From the NCBI GenBank assembly GCA_016839805.1, contig JAEOTO010000019.1:1-46330 (forward strand): 46,330 bases of DNA, written 5' to 3'. Each line of letters begins with the position of its first letter. Position 1 is the first letter of the stretch. Both the position numbers and the translations under genes were made by a program. The notes under the pieces were generated by a model. The model made no database searches. It was not told the origin of the DNA and saw only the letters and a program-made list of their open reading frames with translations. This document shows, one piece after another, positions 27,835 to 37,234 of the stretch. The DNA comes from Candidatus Hermodarchaeota archaeon (GTDB lineage Archaea > Asgardarchaeota > Hermodarchaeia > Hermodarchaeales > Hermodarchaeaceae).

Positions 27835-30747
27835 ATGAAAATTCTAAAAATAATGAGTTTAGTGTTACTAGTGACCCTCTGTATTCCTTTTCTTTCAATG
27901 AGTTCAGCACCTACACCTCTAGCCCTTGGAATTAATGAAGTTAGTGTGACAAGGAGTGCAGATCCCGTCTTACCATCACCTGAACCGCCACATCAACTAA
28001 TCCCTCTGCGTCTTCTCGTGTATACAGAATATGCAGATGTTGATGAGGAAGTGGTCGCTGTATTTGCTTCCATCAACGCGACTTATGGGACTGATTACTA
28101 TTGGACAAATTTGACCGATTATAATGACTTGAATACACTGTTACCTAGCCATGATGTTCTGTTAATTCCTGAACAAGAACAGACTCCCGATCCTGACACC
28201 ATGGAAAGCATTGGAAATACTTGGTCAAGCATCCTGCCAAACTGGGTAACTCAGGGTGGAATCGTCGTCGCAATGGATTGCTTTGCCTTTCCAGCAGGCT
28301 TTAATGGCCCCACCGCTCATCTCGTCAATGAAACTGGCCTGTTAGAGATTTATGATCCCCTTTATTTCTGGGGAGCACCACAGAATCTAATAAACCAATC
28401 CGATGCGCTTGCTCGTGGTGTTACTACTGGTTATACTGCTCCGGATGGCAGCCTGCGCTTTGATGTCGCCGACGGAACGGTAGTCGTTGAAGATGGGCCC
28501 ACCTCCCGAGCCACAGTTGTGCACAAAATCATTGGCCAAGGCCATGTCGCCATGCTGGGCTTCGACATGTGGAGCCGAAATGCTGACATAGATGCGATTC
28601 TAGCCAACGCGTTGAGACTCCATCGTCATGTTGTCTTCGATGAATCTCACGGACAATTTTATAGTATCCTGAATTCATACAGTGACTTTACTGATGACCT
28701 CGTCGCAGAAGGTTTTGCTGTATCGCGGATGGGTTCATTTAGTTCCAGTCTACTTGATGCTTGTGACGTTCTAGTGGTCACTGTTTGTACTATTTCTTAT
28801 TCCGCAGCTGAAAAAGCAATCATCTCTTCCTTTATTGATAGCGGCGGAGGCGTTTTTCTCGCGGCCAACTGGGGACCATGGAGCGTGGAAATTGATGATC
28901 TAGCCAACTCTCTGGGATATGATGTTGAATACGAACAGATTCAAGATACCGATGATACTGAACCACCCCTTAACATCATTGGATACCCATTCTATGATAC
29001 GACAAACATGCAAAACCACTCCTTAACCATTGAGGTATCGAGTGTCCAGTTCTATGCAGGAACCGGGATCACCTCGATGCCCGCTGGAGCAGTACCAATC
29101 GTCTTTACCGATTCTGATGGGACTGCACAATGGGATAACGGTACAGTTGTCAATGCAATGCCCTGCTATGTTGCGGGTGTCCATGGACCTGGTCGAGTCG
29201 TTGTTGCAGGGGAAGGAAACTTCTTGGCAGATGACTATGATAATGACAGCGATGGAACTGATGATTACTATGACCGAGACAATAGCCTATTGGCTAGGAA
29301 TACAATTCGCTGGCTCTCAGCTGCAGGCATCACAGAACGAATCGTACTCTTCGACGAATCAACCAACCCGGCGTTTACGATTAGCTTTGGATTCGGTGAA
29401 CTCGCCAGGTATCTAACGAGTAACGGATACACAGTAAAATGGATGAGTACCTTTTATCCAAGCTTACTTGCTCAAGCGCATGTCCTAGTGATATGTGATG
29501 GAGGTTCATCATCGTATACTGCTGGTCAAATAACGGATATTGTCAGTTTCGTTGGTGCTGGTGGTGGATTATTCCTCATTGGGGATAATACAGTCCTTAA
29601 CGATATTGTCAGTCCTATTGCTTCCCAATTCGGTTTAATCTATAACGAAACCGCACTTTATGACACCGATGACTTCATTGGTGATCCACGGTACATTATA
29701 TGGGATGGAGCGAACATCGGTACACATCCTATCACCTTAGGGATTCAGCGAATGGAAAGCAATCTCCTCACAGGGTTCCACTCAATCGGTTCTGGTACTG
29801 GACTAGTTATTACTGATGGTGATGGCACAACAACTTGGGGCTCAGGTGGTCCCCCTGCAATAAATGCAGCAGTATTTGCAGCAACTAATTATCAATTGGG
29901 ACGTGTTGTTGCCAGTTGTGACTTGAATATCTTTGACAATTCCATTGATTACGATGCAGATGGAGAGACTCTCTTCTATGACAGTGATAATAACCTGTTT
30001 GGGGTCAATGCTTTCCAATGGCTTTCTGAAAACCGTCCTCCTGTAGTAACTGTTACAACACCTAATGGTGGAGAAACCCTTACTGGTGGAACAAACAGCA
30101 TCACCTGGACGGCACAAGATCCCAATAAGGACTCAATGATCTTTGATATCTTCTACAGTGTGAATGGGGGTAGCACTTGGACTTCCATTGCCACTGGACA
30201 AACAACGACTAGTATCAATTGGGACGTTACCAGTGTTACAGAGAGCAGTGATGTCTTGATTCGTGTTGTTGCCCACGATTATGAGCTCTCAGGGCAAGAT
30301 GAATCGAATGCTGTTTTCAGTGTTGAAAGTGAAGGACCAGTAATCTCTAATGTTGTGACGAATCCATCGACACCTTTGCCAGGTCTCCCAGTAACTGTTT
30401 CAGCAGATATCACGGATGTTAGTGGTGTGACCTCAGCTGTGTGTCAGGTGAGTGTAGATGGTGGATCAACTTGGATAGATCATACAATGAATCTTGTTTC
30501 CGGTGACAACTATGAAGTAGACATTGGCGCTTATTTGGCTGGAACAACGGTAGAGTATCGCATTACTGCCACCGATTCATCGGCTGCTGCCAGAGTTACC
30601 ACGACTAGTACTTTCAGCTTTACGATCGCTGCAGGACCTCCACCTGGAATTCCAGGATTCCCACTTGAAGCAATCATCATTGCACTTGCTACTGGGTTGG
30701 GCTTAATTATGGTAGCTCGACGGCGTCGTCGTAAGGTGTCCTCCTAA
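27835..30747 (+). CDS. Large secreted cell-surface protein with tandem GIFT/DUF4350-like domains, Ig-like domains and a PGF-CTERM-type anchor
   Basis: Signal peptide MKILKIMSLVLLVTLC; internal repeat V.FDES...GRVV...DN...N...WL occurs twice; PNGGE Ig-like module; C-terminal PPPGIPGFP-TM-RRRRRK. Confidence 0.85.
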   Translation: MKILKIMSLVLLVTLCIPFLSMSSAPTPLALGINEVSVTRSADPVLPSPEPPHQLIPLRLLVYTEYADVDEEVVAVFASINATYGTDYYWTNLTDYNDLNTLLPSHDVLLIPEQEQTPDPDTMESIGNTWSSILPNWVTQGGIVVAMDCFAFPAGFNGPTAHLVNETGLLEIYDPLYFWGAPQNLINQSDALARGVTTGYTAPDGSLRFDVADGTVVVEDGPTSRATVVHKIIGQGHVAMLGFDMWSRNADIDAILANALRLHRHVVFDESHGQFYSILNSYSDFTDDLVAEGFAVSRMGSFSSSLLDACDVLVVTVCTISYSAAEKAIISSFIDSGGGVFLAANWGPWSVEIDDLANSLGYDVEYEQIQDTDDTEPPLNIIGYPFYDTTNMQNHSLTIEVSSVQFYAGTGITSMPAGAVPIVFTDSDGTAQWDNGTVVNAMPCYVAGVHGPGRVVVAGEGNFLADDYDNDSDGTDDYYDRDNSLLARNTIRWLSAAGITERIVLFDESTNPAFTISFGFGELARYLTSNGYTVKWMSTFYPSLLAQAHVLVICDGGSSSYTAGQITDIVSFVGAGGGLFLIGDNTVLNDIVSPIASQFGLIYNETALYDTDDFIGDPRYIIWDGANIGTHPITLGIQRMESNLLTGFHSIGSGTGLVITDGDGTTTWGSGGPPAINAAVFAATNYQLGRVVASCDLNIFDNSIDYDADGETLFYDSDNNLFGVNAFQWLSENRPPVVTVTTPNGGETLTGGTNSITWTAQDPNKDSMIFDIFYSVNGGSTWTSIATGQTTTSINWDVTSVTESSDVLIRVVAHDYELSGQDESNAVFSVESEGPVISNVVTNPSTPLPGLPVTVSADITDVSGVTSAVCQVSVDGGSTWIDHTMNLVSGDNYEVDIGAYLAGTTVEYRITATDSSAAARVTTTSTFSFTIAAGPPPGIPGFPLEAIIIALATGLGLIMVARRRRRKVSS

Positions 30748-30770
30748 AAGGACACCACTCTCTCTTTTTT
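30735..30770 (+). terminator. Hairpin plus pyrimidine tract overlapping the stop codon of the surface-protein gene
   Basis: Perfect 8-bp stem GGTGTCCT/AGGACACC followed by ACTCTCTCTTTTTT. Confidence 0.65.
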
Positions 30771-30860
30771 AACTTCAGAATTTTTTTAACAGAATGTTGG
30801 TTCTACATCGACCAAACTAAAAATTCGTTGAAAGCTTCTTGGTGACTTATGCAAGGTGCT

Positions 30861-31430
30861 TTAGGTGCATTTAATGGCAGGTTCGAGGTGGCGTCGGAAC
30901 TCTTCGGTTAAATCATTGACTACACCTTTAATTTCTCCTCGGAGGTCGAAGCGTCGATCGGCAAAATATTCCGCTAACAAGGCTTCTAATTCGAGTATGT
31001 TCTTGGTGAGCGCTTCATGCTCATCGAGTCCGCCCTCTGCAAGAAGTTCCCAATAACCATCAGTGAAAGCACTTAGGAAGGCGCTGAGGGTTCGGGGATC
31101 TTGGTTTTGCGCAATGCGGAGGGCTTCAAGTGCATTAGAAAAGGTGATGTTGGCTCGTCGGTCAAGCGGTAAATCGGCAATGGTTTCACAGAGCATGCCT
31201 TCGAGAAATGTGCGTCCGCGACAATCTTGTAGGTGGGCAGCATGTGGTTCGAGTCGGCAGTGGCTGAGAACTGACTTGTCGTAGAAGGGACATTCGCCTG
31301 GGGGGGAAGTATGCTTCTCCATAATGGTCTCGATGCGCCTCCGAGTGTGGAAGAGCTTGAGAAGCTCCCGTGCTGCCTCAATTCGCTTTAACTTACTAGG
31401 CATAGGTTTACATCCTGCCCTCGATTGCAT
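30861..31430 (-). CDS. Hypothetical protein with a four-cysteine cluster
   Basis: Longest frame in the interval; CPFY...HC...DC...LC followed by an acidic helical C-terminus. Start may be ATG 31403. Confidence 0.65.
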   Translation of the reverse strand: MQSRAGCKPMPSKLKRIEAARELLKLFHTRRRIETIMEKHTSPPGECPFYDKSVLSHCRLEPHAAHLQDCRGRTFLEGMLCETIADLPLDRRANITFSNALEALRIAQNQDPRTLSAFLSAFTDGYWELLAEGGLDEHEALTKNILELEALLAEYFADRRFDLRGEIKGVVNDLTEEFRRHLEPAIKCT

Positions 31431-31506
31431 GCCTGCAAGCCTATCTTGTGTTAGGGCAATGCGGAGATTTAAATACTTTGGATTGAGGCTCCGTAAATTT
31501 CTCTGA

Positions 31507-32781
31507 TTAATCAGACCTAAGTTTTAGTTTTTCACTCAAGACACTGATAGTATTGGTATCAATGAGCACAAAGAAAATGGGAATTAGAATGATGAAGTTA
31601 TGATGCCAAATTCCCGCGGGGGCACCGATTAGGAAGAAGACCATAGCCACAAAGCTATAGTTGATACACTGTTCATAATCGGGTTTTACGAATAACTTTA
31701 CTAAAAGGTAAAAAGTGACAATTAGTGCAAGAGCTGTGAACACGGTACTAATCCGGATTCCTGTTGGTGGAATGATTCCGCGAGTAACGATCTGCAGAGG
31801 ATCACCAATTAGTACCCAATCACTTGGAGGAATCATTGGTTGTCCCAAGCTAGCGAGGATTTGGTTGGTGACAATCCAGAAGCCATTAAAGATGATCGCA
31901 GGAATTGATCCAGTCCAACTCCACCAAGAATGGATATGTAAGGGCCAGGGTTCATATGGTCTACCAAATTGGACGAGAAGTAAATCGTTAATTAGTGCCA
32001 TATTCCTGGTGGGATCAAGGAATATCACAGCCTCTAGTGATACCCATAACTGGAAGAGCCCGAAGATAACAACTGTCGGAAGAACTCCCATGATCCATTT
32101 CCGGTAACTTCGAAAGTGGTAGACAATAGCAAAAAGTAGCAGTAACCCGATATACTGGTATGTGATTGCTCCAATTCCTAACCAAAAGACCGACCAAAAG
32201 GGGTCCTTCCATTTTTCGTAACCCATCCAGAGTAAGAACAGAACCACACTCATATGAGTGACAAAGTTCAAAGTCACCATTACTGGATTAATCCACAGAA
32301 ACAGTGCTACTATTCGATTCCCTCGACGCATCAGGCGGTCAAAGAGGAGAAAATCGAAGAAGCCATGTAACACCATGAAACTGGGTTGAAAATTCATACA
32401 ACCTGCAAAATCAAAGGTATACGGATACACCATACATGGTATGTGAATTAGTAGGCTGCCTGGACCATAATTGATGAAATTTTGATGATAGATATCACAC
32501 GGACCTAATGCCAGTGCTGAGAGATAATAATCGCGGTTATAGGGATTCAATCCACGGAACATATAGACAAGTCCTTGTGTAATGAGCTCGTTCATGTCAT
32601 TGACGTCAGGAAAAGTGGGATTAATGGCTGCTAGGTAGAGGATGAGGAAAAGCGTAAGAAGACGTATGAAAATACCAAGACTGATTTCTTTCCACCATTG
32701 GTGATAAAGACGAAGGCTATGTGTAATGGTATTACCAAGCTTGGATGAAATGGTTGCTGATGTGTCAGGTGGAATATACAA
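31507..32781 (-). CDS. GT-C-like (GT87/DUF2029-like) polytopic membrane glycosyltransferase
   Basis: First TM followed by DMNEL...G.NPY...NYGP loop, then many TM helices. Confidence 0.6.
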   Translation of the reverse strand: MYIPPDTSATISSKLGNTITHSLRLYHQWWKEISLGIFIRLLTLFLILYLAAINPTFPDVNDMNELITQGLVYMFRGLNPYNRDYYLSALALGPCDIYHQNFINYGPGSLLIHIPCMVYPYTFDFAGCMNFQPSFMVLHGFFDFLLFDRLMRRGNRIVALFLWINPVMVTLNFVTHMSVVLFLLWMGYEKWKDPFWSVFWLGIGAITYQYIGLLLLFAIVYHFRSYRKWIMGVLPTVVIFGLFQLWVSLEAVIFLDPTRNMALINDLLLVQFGRPYEPWPLHIHSWWSWTGSIPAIIFNGFWIVTNQILASLGQPMIPPSDWVLIGDPLQIVTRGIIPPTGIRISTVFTALALIVTFYLLVKLFVKPDYEQCINYSFVAMVFFLIGAPAGIWHHNFIILIPIFFVLIDTNTISVLSEKLKLRSD

Positions 32782-32810
32782 TTTTGAATCGTTATCTCCA
32801 GTTGACGAAT

Positions 32811-34034
32811 TCAGGGAGACCCCTCCCTGTTTGAATGCAACACAATTGTTGGATTTACTGATGTGTGAGAACTAATTGAGGATGATGACTCGGTTGGAGG
32901 TGTGAAGCTGTCTTTTTGCCGCCAAAAGAGGAAAGGCAATGTAATACAGAGTACCCAGTAATGAGCAAGCCCCTCGGCAGTAGAGGCAATGAAGAGAGCG
33001 AGTAAGATGCCAGGAACAAATATCACAAGCGCCTTGCGATAATTGTTAAGAAAGTAAATGAGTGAAAGGATTCCTAGGACAGCGACAAATGCCATCATAA
33101 GAGGAGCAAATTGTGGAGCTACAGGCGGAGGGACGCCTAAGTAGATAGTGATATTGAATACGACAGATGGGATTGAGCCCATAAAGAGAAAAATCAGTGG
33201 ATAATAGCGATTATAATATGGGCTAAGTGGGTTTGAGTCAAACCAGGAAATTGGTGGACGACCAATCTGGTGAATTATTAGATCTTGTACAAATAGAATG
33301 GGATTCCATAATAAGAACATGAATATTATAGCAAATGGTGGAATCATACTAAGAAGAGTTAGACGGAGTTTTCCTCGACGCCAGTAGTAGATGAGAAGAA
33401 AGGGGATGAAAATTGCACCCATTTGATAGGTGGCGGCAAGGCATATAGAATACACACCACTCCGAACAGGATTTTCTAGATTTAGGATGGTCAGAGTCAG
33501 GAACATAAGGGGAAGGGATATGAAGGTGATAACATCGACGAAGACGAAGAAGGGATTAATCCAGATTATTTTAGAGATGACCTTGTGTTTTTCCTGCCAG
33601 AACCGATAATAGATGACGAAGTCAAAGAATGTATGTAGTATAAAGAAACTGGGCATGAAATCCATAATACCTATACTTTGAGGACCGGGCCAAAATAGTG
33701 TTGGGAGATGGAAGAGAATGGCAAAGGGGGGGTAATTAAAATAATTCTGGGTATAGGGACCATTGAATGTATAAAGTGTGTAAGATTGGCCATAAGGGTT
33801 AATGAGAGCAACAAGATTGGCCATGCCTTTGAAGACGAGTTCATTCATATCTACAATGTCGCCAGCAACGTTTAGAAAAACTATGAAGCCTATGAGTGTA
33901 GCCGTACGAACAATTACACCAGCCCAGAAGCCAGTTGTACGAAGCAACTTAGTAATATCGGTAAGGTTCAAGAATTCAATGATGCGTTTCCAAGTGAAGG
34001 AAGAAGGTTGTGAATCTGGTAACTCTGTGGTCAC
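32811..34034 (-). CDS. GT-C-like (GT87/DUF2029-like) polytopic membrane glycosyltransferase, paralogue of the neighbour
   Basis: DMNEL...NPY...YFNYPP loop, PSF..LH.FFDF, WINP, many TM helices. Confidence 0.62.
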   Translation of the reverse strand: MTTELPDSQPSSFTWKRIIEFLNLTDITKLLRTTGFWAGVIVRTATLIGFIVFLNVAGDIVDMNELVFKGMANLVALINPYGQSYTLYTFNGPYTQNYFNYPPFAILFHLPTLFWPGPQSIGIMDFMPSFFILHTFFDFVIYYRFWQEKHKVISKIIWINPFFVFVDVITFISLPLMFLTLTILNLENPVRSGVYSICLAATYQMGAIFIPFLLIYYWRRGKLRLTLLSMIPPFAIIFMFLLWNPILFVQDLIIHQIGRPPISWFDSNPLSPYYNRYYPLIFLFMGSIPSVVFNITIYLGVPPPVAPQFAPLMMAFVAVLGILSLIYFLNNYRKALVIFVPGILLALFIASTAEGLAHYWVLCITLPFLFWRQKDSFTPPTESSSSISSHTSVNPTIVLHSNREGSP

Positions 34035-34159
34035 GGCTTAAACGCACCATTAATTTCTGAAAGGAACAGGTGGATTACTGGCATGCGCTTGTGCCACGTT
34101 TGGACACAAAAGCCTTATGCTGATGAAGGAGTTAAAAAATCAGAGCTTATCCGATGCAG

Positions 34160-35212
34160 TTAGAGGTAACGCCGGAATAACTTGCCCCAACCACTCTTCA
34201 TAATCCGCGCAATATGTCTTTTACCACGGGTCTTCAGCCAGATGTCACGGAGATAATGGCTAATTTTTACATTGACGTTAAAGAAGGCAGAACGCATCAT
34301 GAAGGGTTCAAGCCAACTACTACGGAAGAGCCGGTCAAAACGAATCACAGGATCAAGTTTAGTTTCATAATCGAAACAAACTCCTTCGACATCGTCCCCA
34401 ACAATTTCTTTCGTACACAGATCACCATTACCAAGCTCCTGTTCATGAGCCATACGAACATGGCCAATACTCATTGGATCATACCCAATCATTTGAGCGC
34501 AAAGGGCATCGAGGGCGACAAGATCGCCACTGGCAGCAATATAATTTTGCACGTAGGGTCGACCAGTTCTTGGTCCAGCTCCATCCATTGCAATGGTACT
34601 ATCTGCAAAGCCAAAAAGTGGGCCACAGAATTCCTGTTGAATACGAAGTAAGTCTACTAAGATTTCGTGGATTTTCAGGTGATAGTGGTGACGTACGGTT
34701 CGTAAGAAACCGAAGGCATTTTTCAGTGAGCAGGTGATGGTACTATGTCCATGGCATTTGAAGGTGGGTAAGTGAATAACCTGGGCATCTATAATGGGTT
34801 TGGGCATGAGCATATCTTCTTGACCGAAAACCATAGGTTTAGAAGGATTAACCTCGACCCATTCCTCATCAATGAGTATTGTCCAGGGAATGTCATGCTT
34901 CTCAAGCAGAGGTACGTAACGATTCTTGTACATCCCCGTTCTTGCATCAGTAACTACCGTCATGTTTTCTAATGCTAGCACATCGCTGAAGTTGCGTTTC
35001 GATAACTCTTGGAGCATTGCATCGAGTTGATATGGTTGAGTCGAACAGGAGGGAAAATATTCCTGCCAGGATATATTGAGCTTCATAACAGTTCGGACTT
35101 TCGGGTCCATAAACTGGTCAAACTTGGCTAACCGAAACAATCGAGCTACATCATCAAAGTAAGTTTCAGGTGAAGTTTTGACGACAGCGAGCGGAAGTTT
35201 GCGTGGATCCAT
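34160..35212 (-). CDS. DUF362 domain protein
   Basis: K.N, ST.P, LPTFKCH...T.SLKNAFG, DG.GP.G, D.VALD motifs. ATG 35212 is preferred; the frame extends to 35251. Confidence 0.85.
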   Translation of the reverse strand: MDPRKLPLAVVKTSPETYFDDVARLFRLAKFDQFMDPKVRTVMKLNISWQEYFPSCSTQPYQLDAMLQELSKRNFSDVLALENMTVVTDARTGMYKNRYVPLLEKHDIPWTILIDEEWVEVNPSKPMVFGQEDMLMPKPIIDAQVIHLPTFKCHGHSTITCSLKNAFGFLRTVRHHYHLKIHEILVDLLRIQQEFCGPLFGFADSTIAMDGAGPRTGRPYVQNYIAASGDLVALDALCAQMIGYDPMSIGHVRMAHEQELGNGDLCTKEIVGDDVEGVCFDYETKLDPVIRFDRLFRSSWLEPFMMRSAFFNVNVKISHYLRDIWLKTRGKRHIARIMKSGWGKLFRRYL

Positions 35213-35283
35213 GATTTTCACATCGGATGTATACACTGCCCAGTACTGCACTGGGGGTTGTGAATCAGCTTTAACTTTTCGGT

Positions 35284-36348
35284 CTATCCATCATCTCTCG
35301 CAGGGGATTTTTTATTACTCATAACCGGAGTCTCTTCGTCTTGTTCCTCCAATGCACGATAGCCCCGCCCCATTAGTGCAATTGATGGTACTCCTAAGAC
35401 TGCGAGACCAATGATATAGATCAGACCATCAAGAAGAGCAATACTAGCAACCTGTGAAATGCCAAAAGTGGGGAGAGAAAGTTGCAGCATGGCAAATTGA
35501 AAGATGAAGATTCCTATCCCAGCAGGCAAAAGGATGGCAAAAATATGTCCAGCCGTATAGCTGATTGAAGATACAAAAATAGATTCCAGTAAAGTGAGGG
35601 TTTCCCCAAAAGCTAAGGCTAGAAATGCAAGTTTCATCGTTTCCACAAGCCAGAGTGGAACACTCAAGAGCAACCCGATACCGGAGTTCCAGCTACCAAT
35701 ATCAGTTCGCATATCAGCAGCAAAGTTTTCAACAAACGTAGGAACTTCATCTTTGAGCCTTGCTGACGGTTTGAATAATCGTCCAACCAGGCGGGAGAGC
35801 CAAGACACAAATCGTTCATTCCGAATTAGGATGAAGAAGGCAATGAACGCAACGCCCAGTAAGATACCACTAATAAGAGGACCTAAAGCTTGTCCCGTAA
35901 TCGCCCCGTAGAGGAAAAAGGTTGAAACAACAATAATCAATACCAGGCTAGCAAAATCCAGAAATCTAGCCAAAAGGACTGATGAAAGACCTGCAGAAAA
36001 TCGAGTACCCTTTTTCTCTCGAAGCCAATACGGGGTTGCGATATCACCGGCGCGCAATGGAACAACATAGGTAATAAAAATCCCCCCAACTAACATTGGA
36101 AAAAGAGATGAAGGATTAGCCTTTGTGTCGAAGGGACGAAGTAATACCCACCAGCGTACTGCTCGAAGAATATATGCTATCCCAAAGAGCCCAAAGGCTG
36201 GAAGCATCCAAAATAGATTCGCAGATAATAATGTCCCGATAATTGCTAAGATACCAGGTTCGCCATTAAGGATCAATGCGATATGAAGCCAAACGATTAT
36301 TAGAACTAGGCTTACTCCTGCGATGAGGTAATACCAACGTTGGCGCAT
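35284..36348 (-). CDS. LPG-synthase TM / AglD2-like flippase-domain membrane protein
   Basis: LRAVRW..LL, P.RAGD, R.LD and PAGIG motifs with multiple TM helices. Confidence 0.85.
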   Translation of the reverse strand: MRQRWYYLIAGVSLVLIIVWLHIALILNGEPGILAIIGTLLSANLFWMLPAFGLFGIAYILRAVRWWVLLRPFDTKANPSSLFPMLVGGIFITYVVPLRAGDIATPYWLREKKGTRFSAGLSSVLLARFLDFASLVLIIVVSTFFLYGAITGQALGPLISGILLGVAFIAFFILIRNERFVSWLSRLVGRLFKPSARLKDEVPTFVENFAADMRTDIGSWNSGIGLLLSVPLWLVETMKLAFLALAFGETLTLLESIFVSSISYTAGHIFAILLPAGIGIFIFQFAMLQLSLPTFGISQVASIALLDGLIYIIGLAVLGVPSIALMGRGYRALEEQDEETPVMSNKKSPARDDG

Positions 36349-36472
36349 TGATTACAGCTCAATGAGTATTGGTCGTGGCTCCCCTTCTTCAACTATCTAG
36401 GCTAAAACAGTTATCCTCGCAAAAAAATTCCCTATGAAATAGGTGGGTAAGGTTTTTTAGAATAAAGAAACG

Positions 36473-37234
36473 ATGACTCAACATATGCCCCCCAAATACG
36501 CCGTGATTCCAGCTGCTGGTATAGGTCAACGAATTAAGCCATATTCTGAAAAAGTCCCTAAACCAATGATACAGGTATTAGGACGACCAATTTTAGCGTA
36601 TGTGATTGATCGATGTAAAATGGCAGGTATCTTCAACATTATCATTATCGTAAACCCCAAATCGCAAGCGGTGAAAAATTACTTTGGTGATGGAGACGCA
36701 TTGGGAGTGGAAATTGAGTATGTGGGACAACCTAAACCCGAGGGCATTGGTCACGCTGTGAGTCTCACTGAAGGAATCGTTGATACCCCCTTTGTAGTCT
36801 ACCTAGGTGATGAGCTTTATTTTGAATCAGATCATAACGGTTTCATCCAATCTTTTGATGACAATGACTGTTCAGCAGCCATAGGGTTAATTCGAGTCAA
36901 AGATGAGACTCTCATTCGCAAAAATTACTCAGTTGAAATCGACCCAGAGTCCAATCTCATCAAGCACCTGATTGAAAAACCCAAAGTTATAACCAATGAT
37001 ATTCTGGGCTGTGGTTCTTACATCTTCGATGAAACTGTTTTCAAAGCAGTGCGACAAACACCGAGGTCAAAGAAGAACGAAATTGAAATCACTGATACAC
37101 TGAACACAATTCGGGAATTAGGAAAGAACATTTATGGATATTTCTTAGGTGGTTCGTATCTAAACGTCACGTACCCCGAAGACATCGTTGAGGCCGAGAC
37201 CCTCCTTCGTAAAGATTCAGATGGCGTGTTATAA
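36473..37234 (+). CDS. Sugar-1-phosphate nucleotidyltransferase (RmlA/GalU-like)
   Basis: IPAAGIGQR..P....PKP, Q..P.GIGHA, YLGD, IEKP, EIEITD. Confidence 0.9.
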   Translation: MTQHMPPKYAVIPAAGIGQRIKPYSEKVPKPMIQVLGRPILAYVIDRCKMAGIFNIIIIVNPKSQAVKNYFGDGDALGVEIEYVGQPKPEGIGHAVSLTEGIVDTPFVVYLGDELYFESDHNGFIQSFDDNDCSAAIGLIRVKDETLIRKNYSVEIDPESNLIKHLIEKPKVITNDILGCGSYIFDETVFKAVRQTPRSKKNEIEITDTLNTIRELGKNIYGYFLGGSYLNVTYPEDIVEAETLLRKDSDGVL

